Positions 57,372 to 64,000 of a DNA stretch of 64,000 bases are shown here, in pieces. The number at the start of each line of letters is the position of its first letter. The first letter of the stretch is position 1. The translations under genes were made by a program, and so were the position numbers. The stretch comes from a virus. Below the pieces are notes generated by a model that was given only the letters and a program-made list of their open reading frames with translations, made no database searches and was not told the origin of the DNA. The stretch lies in the IMG/VR virus record IMGVR_UViG_3300042257_000088, positions 16,038-80,037 of that record; one strand, 5' to 3'.

Positions 57372-58544
57372 TTAAAACAACGGATTTTTCATAATTTTAA
57401 TTATATTGATATCATCGATAAGATTATCTATCAAAGTCTGGAATCTGGTTCTTCTCTTATCGACGGTTTTCTGTTCTTTCTCAGTTAGCTTTTGTTTATC
57501 AACAACTGACATTGACTGATTTAACATACGAAGTTCAAGCATAGTACTAACAACTAGACTTTCATATGTATCTTCTTTTGCACAGTCTTTAATGAATTTT
57601 TCAAACTGTTTAAAATGTTTTTCTTCTGCAAGATATCTTGTTACATTTGAAAATAGATACTGTGCTACTGTATCATTCTTATTACACTTATATTCACCGG
57701 ATTTTACCATACTTTCAAAATCAAATTCTTTCTGAATTATAATACTTTTTCTGAAAGCATTTGCTGCACTGGGGCTAACCATAGTCATAGCAATATTATA
57801 TGCTTTGTTTTCAAGACCTTTTTCACCTTCATTTTTCACTTTACTTCTAATCAAATCACTTAGCTGTGACCATACACGATTTGTTGCAAATGGACCATCT
57901 ACACATTCCATTTCTGTTACGTATTCCCGATTGGTTTTAAGGAAACCTGCTACATATTTATCAAGCTGATAACCAACCTGTTCGTACCAATATTCAAACG
58001 GGAGATTAACGAAAAACCACTGGCATCTATTAACAATTGCTGGATAAAAGTTTTCAAAACCATCTTCTGCTGTATGATTCATTGTTCCCATGAATGCTAC
58101 ATTTTTATCCAGTTTATAACTATGAAGAGATCTTTCTAAAACCAATTCAAAGAAATATGACTGTTTTATATCACCGGTTAAAAGCTGCATATCATCAAAA
58201 AGAATTAATACTTGTTTTTTCGATTCCTTGGCTGTTTTATTAGCAACGTGAATTATTTCTGGTTTTGTCCACGTACAATACGTGTCACCGGAATTAATTT
58301 TATCTAACGTAATAACATTGGTCAAAGGCAGACCACTGAAATATTCTGCTGGTTTACTGCATGAAATGTATATCAATTCCAAACCCATATTTTCCGCTAG
58401 CAACTTTGCATGCTGGGTTTTTGCCATACCGGGGTTACCAACCCAAATCGGAATTGGCATAGATGCTCCCTGAAGCTGCAAATTAATATTGTCTTTAACA
58501 TCGGAAATAGTATCGTTCAGTGGTCTAAATGTTCTTCCTTCCAT
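57372..58544 (-). CDS. MoxR-like AAA+ ATPase
   Basis: Walker A WVGNPGMAKT, GLP, W..P, Walker B VLILFDD, ELVLER, MGTMN, AIVNR and T.R.W. GGAGGG RBS. Confidence 0.85.
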   Translation of the reverse strand: MEGRTFRPLNDTISDVKDNINLQLQGASMPIPIWVGNPGMAKTQHAKLLAENMGLELIYISCSKPAEYFSGLPLTNVITLDKINSGDTYCTWTKPEIIHVANKTAKESKKQVLILFDDMQLLTGDIKQSYFFELVLERSLHSYKLDKNVAFMGTMNHTAEDGFENFYPAIVNRCQWFFVNLPFEYWYEQVGYQLDKYVAGFLKTNREYVTEMECVDGPFATNRVWSQLSDLIRSKVKNEGEKGLENKAYNIAMTMVSPSAANAFRKSIIIQKEFDFESMVKSGEYKCNKNDTVAQYLFSNVTRYLAEEKHFKQFEKFIKDCAKEDTYESLVVSTMLELRMLNQSMSVVDKQKLTEKEQKTVDKRRTRFQTLIDNLIDDINIIKIMKNPLF

Positions 58545-58589
58545 AAATAAATCCCTCCATTGGATTATTGTAAAGATTTTTAAATTAAA

Positions 58590-59615
58590 TTATATTTCCA
58601 ACTTTTTTAAATGCGATGTTGATACTAACCCCCCTATTTTATAATTAATATAAGAAAATATATCTTTTAAACTTATTTCAGGATTTCGAATAAAAGAATC
58701 TTTTTTTTCGTCTATAGTCAAAAATCTTTTATCATATTCTTTTATATTATCAGCTATTATTTTTTTACACATATCATCAATATACATAAAAATTTCTTCA
58801 TCTAAAAAATGTTTTATTTGCAATTTCAAAGGATCCTTATCAGATAAATCATTTTGTGGATCAAAAGAAATAGTATCTGTTTTAATATTATAGCGATATA
58901 TTAAACTTTTAGGATTATAATCAGAATCGTATGTTTTATATTCCAAACAAACATTTTGCATACGCTCTGGAATATAATTAGATGATGTGGATATTCCGGT
59001 GTTTAAATAGTCTAATAATGATCGTCGAGCATACTTTTTAATATCTGGTAAATATTCTGAAATTGCATCTAATACATAAGTAAAAAGTTTATTGTCATAA
59101 TAATACATTTTATTAAAATGATCGTCTTCGAAAAATGGATGAAATATATTGTCGTTATATAGTGATTTTGTCCCAGACGGTGTGTATATATGCAAATTTA
59201 AAAAGTTTGAAAATTTATTAACTGGTTCAAGTTTTTTGAAAAAAGGATGTCCGAAATATATATAATTTTGATTATTATCTACTATTCTTATATATACGTC
59301 AGATATATTATTATTATTAAAATCTTTAGTTAACACACTGAAACACGAATCATCAATATCCCTATATAATATTTCTATATTATCAAATATTGGTTGTATT
59401 TTAAACAGCGTTTGCCATGTTTTCCAAAAAGATTCAATTATTTTATTTTTATACTCTGAATCTAATATACAATTCCAATCACCCCGATATTTATCATTAT
59501 ATTTACCATCATGTATGTCCGATAATATCCCATCTATTTTAGTTAAACAAAAACAATCTTGTAAATAATTAAAATACTTTATGTGTTTTTCTTGATAAAT
59601 ATCTATATTGATCAC
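58590..59615 (-). CDS. Hypothetical protein
   Basis: 341 aa ORF, start overlapping the upstream stop; no recognised motif. Confidence 0.6.
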   Translation of the reverse strand: MINIDIYQEKHIKYFNYLQDCFCLTKIDGILSDIHDGKYNDKYRGDWNCILDSEYKNKIIESFWKTWQTLFKIQPIFDNIEILYRDIDDSCFSVLTKDFNNNNISDVYIRIVDNNQNYIYFGHPFFKKLEPVNKFSNFLNLHIYTPSGTKSLYNDNIFHPFFEDDHFNKMYYYDNKLFTYVLDAISEYLPDIKKYARRSLLDYLNTGISTSSNYIPERMQNVCLEYKTYDSDYNPKSLIYRYNIKTDTISFDPQNDLSDKDPLKLQIKHFLDEEIFMYIDDMCKKIIADNIKEYDKRFLTIDEKKDSFIRNPEISLKDIFSYINYKIGGLVSTSHLKKLEI

Positions 59616-60667
59616 CTTCTTAATTGTATAGACATATTTTGAAAAATGTTTGGATGTTTGTAAAACATATAAGCTAAAAATTCTTCAATATTATTTAAAT
59701 CATCAAATGTATTTTCATAATATTTAGATTTTATATTCAATTTCTCTTCTGTTATTTTTTGAAAACCACCAACCATTTCATTATATAATATATTATATAT
59801 TTCACATAAACTTAAATAAATACCTGCGTTTGATACACCGTACTGTTTTACAATATAATCGTTTGTTTTCTTAATTTCCTTTTTATTATTTGTAATTTTG
59901 AATTTTTCATTATTTACAATATAATATAATTCATCATAGCAGGCTGTTATTATATTACACGTGCTATCATACTTTTTTATATTTGGCAAAACGATTGACA
60001 TTTCATGCATTTTATATTTTGACCAAATAGGAAAATCTAATGTATAATTTCCTATCAAACTATTGGTATCATACACAAATTGGTTAGAATGTTTATAATT
60101 GTTATGTCCGTAATATATGTTGTCTTTTTGATCTTTAAACCTAGGTGTGTCAATAAATTCTTTTAAATGATTATGAATATTATTGAGAATTTGGTTTTTC
60201 ATATCATATAATTCTTTTTCATATATATAGAATATGGAGTTAGAAAAATAAGTGTATGATACATATGGTATAAACTGACATGTAGATAAATATAACCAAG
60301 ATAATAATTCTTTATTTAATGACATATAGATGGATAATATACTAATATTCGGTGTTTCATCCAAACACGATTCATATGTCCTAATTACTTTATCATATAC
60401 AGAAATTAAATAATATTTTGTTTTAAATAAATGTGCTGTTAATTCTACATAATATGTTTGTTCATAAAACACATTATTCCAATAGTGTTCTGTGTTTGGA
60501 TTTGTAAAGTTTATTTTGATATGATCTACAATAGAATCATTTTTATTTAACCACTTATTAATATTTTTATAATGTGTTTCATCTATATTTTTAATTTCGT
60601 TATTTTGCCAATATTTGTTAATATTTATATTAAACATTTTATCTGTACCCGTTTCGATATATAACAT
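59612..60667 (-). CDS. Hypothetical protein
   Basis: 351 aa Tyr/Asn/Ile/Lys-rich ORF; the start may be at 60637. Confidence 0.6.
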   Translation of the reverse strand: MLYIETGTDKMFNININKYWQNNEIKNIDETHYKNINKWLNKNDSIVDHIKINFTNPNTEHYWNNVFYEQTYYVELTAHLFKTKYYLISVYDKVIRTYESCLDETPNISILSIYMSLNKELLSWLYLSTCQFIPYVSYTYFSNSIFYIYEKELYDMKNQILNNIHNHLKEFIDTPRFKDQKDNIYYGHNNYKHSNQFVYDTNSLIGNYTLDFPIWSKYKMHEMSIVLPNIKKYDSTCNIITACYDELYYIVNNEKFKITNNKKEIKKTNDYIVKQYGVSNAGIYLSLCEIYNILYNEMVGGFQKITEEKLNIKSKYYENTFDDLNNIEEFLAYMFYKHPNIFQNMSIQLRR

Positions 60668-60750
60668 ATATAAACAAATATTACACTAATTAATAAGTTT
60701 ATTACATAAAACACAATTGTAATAAAAATTAAATTTAATATAGACATTTT

Positions 60751-62433
60751 CTACTTCCTCTCTTTGGGATAAGCATATCTATATTTTATAATACAATGTT
60801 CTAACGACAGATTTTTATTTTGAAGCATTTTATTAAGGCCTGTTGTTTGTTTTGAAAAATCAAATTTAACAGGATTCGATTTAGTTATAGAACATAATTC
60901 CTTTTTAAATTTATCGGAATTTATAAAATTAACCACTGATCTAATAATTTTATTATTTCTATCAAATAAATAACCATTAGGATTCAAAAGTAATGAATAA
61001 GAGTTATTCTTATGAATCCTGTTTTGAATGTTGTAAGACATCAATATTGTTTCTTCTTTCGAAGTTAAATAAAACACAAAGTTTGGAAATGACATATATT
61101 GTTTTGATTTTGGTGATGTTTGCATTGAAATTAAGTCTTCCTTTTTCAACGATAAGTCAGCACTAATGTCATCGAAATTAAGTTTTGAAGGAAAATTTGT
61201 TTCTAATTCAAAATAATTGTTGCTTGAGCTTTTTGTTTTTATAAATAATTTACTAAGTATTTCACTATCTTTTTCATTTTCTGTAAATGGAAGTAAAATT
61301 GTTTTTAGCTGTTGCGATATAAACGCGGCTAAAAGTTGTGTTCTTTCTGAATATATGCTGCTGTTTTCAAATCTGTAAATATTTAAAAAATATTTATCCA
61401 CAGATAACAATGTTTGAATATTCTCTATTGGATTAAATTTTATATCTGGGTGAACGTAAACATCTGATAAATTGTTACCAAATTTATATTTAAAATGTTT
61501 TGATTTTTTCATATCGTTATTCTTATATTCAATATCAAATATAAATGAATCGTGTTGTTTTCTAAATTCTGATGTAAAATGACTTTGAAAAATATTTGGA
61601 TCATTTATATTTTCTAAATTAACTGGAACTATATTACCCATAAATGTAGTTATAGCGTCGTCTAAACTTTCCATATATTGTTTACTTGTGATTCCACTGA
61701 AAGGGTATGATTGCAATTGCAAATCTTCTTTATTACATCCAAATTTTGATAAGAATATACTTATCGTTTGTACTCCATCAACTTGTTTTAATTCATGATA
61801 TGTTCTATAGAGAAAAGCGTCTATAAGAAATTTACGATATTCTTCAGTTTTATATTTTGATATATTTGTTTGATTTTCTGTAGTAATTGTTCGAAATATA
61901 TCTGAAAAAGGAAATTTAATATCTAAACTTATATTATTTTCGAATTCAAATTGTTCTATTATGCTTTTTTTAATTGTTGGTGAAAGCGAAATTTTCATTG
62001 ATGATCTGTTAAGCTTATAATCATTCAACGAAAAATATAATTTGTTAATTTCCCCCTCTATATTAAATATAATTGTTTCTGATATAGTTGTTTCAGAATT
62101 TATTTTTGAATATGGTATAAGTTTAGGTTGTTCTGCAATAAAATCAAAATCGGGTCTCAAAGCAAATGGTGGCGAATCATCATTTGATGTTTTTATCAAA
62201 AGAATATAATTGTGTGCGTTTTTTAATATTTTTTGAAACATAAAATACATTGAATCGTTTTTTGAAATATCTATTTCTAACCCTAGTACATTCAAATTTT
62301 TATAACAAATCCAAACTATTGAATCACAATTATATGTCTTTTTTATTAAAAAATCATCATAATATTGTTTTTCATTTCCACGTATTATCTTTCTAAATGT
62401 ATCATGTATTATTGATGTTTTAGTTTGTGCCAC
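60751..62433 (-). CDS. Hypothetical protein
   Basis: 560 aa ORF with a GTG start after GGAAAGGA; no recognised motif. Confidence 0.6.
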   Translation of the reverse strand: MAQTKTSIIHDTFRKIIRGNEKQYYDDFLIKKTYNCDSIVWICYKNLNVLGLEIDISKNDSMYFMFQKILKNAHNYILLIKTSNDDSPPFALRPDFDFIAEQPKLIPYSKINSETTISETIIFNIEGEINKLYFSLNDYKLNRSSMKISLSPTIKKSIIEQFEFENNISLDIKFPFSDIFRTITTENQTNISKYKTEEYRKFLIDAFLYRTYHELKQVDGVQTISIFLSKFGCNKEDLQLQSYPFSGITSKQYMESLDDAITTFMGNIVPVNLENINDPNIFQSHFTSEFRKQHDSFIFDIEYKNNDMKKSKHFKYKFGNNLSDVYVHPDIKFNPIENIQTLLSVDKYFLNIYRFENSSIYSERTQLLAAFISQQLKTILLPFTENEKDSEILSKLFIKTKSSSNNYFELETNFPSKLNFDDISADLSLKKEDLISMQTSPKSKQYMSFPNFVFYLTSKEETILMSYNIQNRIHKNNSYSLLLNPNGYLFDRNNKIIRSVVNFINSDKFKKELCSITKSNPVKFDFSKQTTGLNKMLQNKNLSLEHCIIKYRYAYPKERK

Positions 62434-62439
62434 TATTTA

Positions 62440-62808
62440 TCATCCTTTCCATATATCTAAAAAGCTGTTTAATGTTTTAATTTTAAATATACGTCTAAAT
62501 AACTTATATACACCGACAGCATTAGAAAAATATTTTCTATCAACATCAGCATATTTAATAAAAGATTCATATTTAAAATTAGTAATTACTAAATATGTTA
62601 ATGTTTTTGTTATATCAGACATTAGATTAAGTGTCGTAGTTTCTATCTCTTTTGATACATACCAATCAAAGGATGCTACTTTTTTTGAACCTTTAATATT
62701 GCAAGTTAAAGTTAACATTAATTTATTGAATTGTCCGTTATCATTAATTGAATTTATTTTAATTTTAATTTTATTTTTATTTATCAATGACTGTAGTTTT
62801 CTGTTCAT
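62440..62808 (-). CDS. Hypothetical protein
   Basis: Likely start at ATG 62808 (MNRKLQ) behind GGAGG, inside the listed 62440..62865 ORF. Confidence 0.6.
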   Translation of the reverse strand: MNRKLQSLINKNKIKIKINSINDNGQFNKLMLTLTCNIKGSKKVASFDWYVSKEIETTTLNLMSDITKTLTYLVITNFKYESFIKYADVDRKYFSNAVGVYKLFRRIFKIKTLNSFLDIWKG

Positions 62809-62824
62809 TTGCAACCTCCGGTTT

Positions 62825-63967
62825 TTAATTATTTTTTTCAGAAGAATACAAGCATAGTGTTTCATAACAAATCATATCATTTGTTAACACTTCTTTATAT
62901 AACAATATTGTGATAATATCCAGAAAACTTTTATTGTTTTTATTTTTAAGGATATTGCTTAGTTCTTTTGTATATTCTTTTATTTTATTTTTTTGATACT
63001 CCCTCCCCTGTTTTAATATTTCATCTATTTTATCTTTATTATATAAAACATCAGTAAATTTATCAGTAATTTTAAAATACTTAGATACTGTTTCATCTCT
63101 AATATAAGAAGAAATTTCATCAAATGCTTTTTTGGTTTTTAAATCATATGTTGGATGTAGAAATTGTCTAAATCGGGCATCTTTAGATTCTAACTTTTCT
63201 GTAATATAATCAAATTCAGCTTCTTCTAAATCTTTTGTAATAGATATATTATATTTAAAATTAAAATCATAAGAAAATATATATGGAATACCGTTGTTTA
63301 AATTATGCAGAAACATGTCTTTGTTTGCTGGTGTTAAATTATTGGATATTTTTTCTATAGTATCACGATTATTTATATACCCTAAATTATCTACAATATT
63401 CACACCTACTTCTAAATTAGCATTTGAAGTTATAACATATTGAAATCTAGCTGGGTATTTTCCAGTTGGATCGTCTTCGATATCAAAACAATTGTCGGGC
63501 ACTAAAGTACCAACACAATCTTTACATTTAGATAGATGTAAATTAATAATATTTTTCAAAACCTTCTTTCTAGCTTCATACTTTATATTGAGCAAATTTT
63601 CATTAATTTTTCTATTGAGATTTCTAATATTTGTATAAAACGCGAGATCTTTTATATTAGAAATATTTTTGATATACATTAAATCATATGACGCTAAAAA
63701 GAAATATTTTTTATTATTATTTAAATCAAAGTCTAGTACAATATAATAAATAGGTTCAGAATTGTAGTTTGCTTTTTGAATATTATACCAAACATTATAT
63801 AAAAAGTAATCATTATCGTCTATTTCTTTCTTGTAAACAACGCAATATATATTATATAAATGACTATCATTAGATATTATTTCACCACCCCATTTAGATA
63901 ATAATTCGATATCTAAATCCATTATCCACGCATCTAGAACATTCCGCTCTATTAGTTCTGATGACAT
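62825..63967 (-). CDS. Hypothetical protein
   Basis: 380 aa ORF with one CxxC (CKDC); no recognised family. Confidence 0.6.
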   Translation of the reverse strand: MSSELIERNVLDAWIMDLDIELLSKWGGEIISNDSHLYNIYCVVYKKEIDDNDYFLYNVWYNIQKANYNSEPIYYIVLDFDLNNNKKYFFLASYDLMYIKNISNIKDLAFYTNIRNLNRKINENLLNIKYEARKKVLKNIINLHLSKCKDCVGTLVPDNCFDIEDDPTGKYPARFQYVITSNANLEVGVNIVDNLGYINNRDTIEKISNNLTPANKDMFLHNLNNGIPYIFSYDFNFKYNISITKDLEEAEFDYITEKLESKDARFRQFLHPTYDLKTKKAFDEISSYIRDETVSKYFKITDKFTDVLYNKDKIDEILKQGREYQKNKIKEYTKELSNILKNKNNKSFLDIITILLYKEVLTNDMICYETLCLYSSEKNN

Positions 63968-64000
63968 GAATATTTTAAAATTTTCAATGTTATCAAATTT

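Noticed and set aside
1..64000. Archaeal virus or alternative genetic code
   Set aside because: Sigma70-type promoters and an M23 peptidase indicate a bacterial host. Long ORFs are intact in the standard code and TAA, TAG and TGA all end genes.
1..64000. tRNA/rRNA genes, capsid and portal genes
   Set aside because: No cloverleaf or T-loop signature was seen in the intergenic gaps, and no ORF had recognisable major capsid or portal motifs. These probably lie outside the window.

Overview
This is an AT-rich segment of a large, T4-morphotype (contractile-tailed) bacteriophage genome read in the standard code. The host appears bacterial: there are consensus TTGACA/TATAAT promoters and an M23 peptidoglycan endopeptidase on the tape measure. 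On the + strand (1-54.6 kb) lie the terminase large subunit, a divergent PolB-palm-like ORF, tail sheath, tail tube, baseplate wedge, tape measure-M23, a P-loop kinase/LigD-phosphoesterase fusion and a ~21 kb block of tail fibre and LamG receptor-binding genes. These are followed by an accessory operon, more small structural genes, dCTP deaminase and dUTPase. On the - strand (55-64 kb) lie a MoxR-like AAA+ ATPase, a metallopeptidase-vWA partner and several ORFans. The most notable element is a RiPP-like peptide/protein-modification locus at 43.7-50.1 kb. It has two adjacent radical SAM/SPASM enzymes, two candidate substrates with a four-residue x-x-[T/S/G/N]-[H/Y] repeat (one fused to a Hint autoprocessing domain), a GT-B glycosyltransferase and two paralogous small beta proteins. 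Other observations include a self-nested domain in the sheath, a duplicated 20-21 aa micro-ORF, two IS200/IS605-like right-end relics and a hairpin-rich ~320 nt region where the two strands converge. All calls come from motif reading only; no database searches were run.
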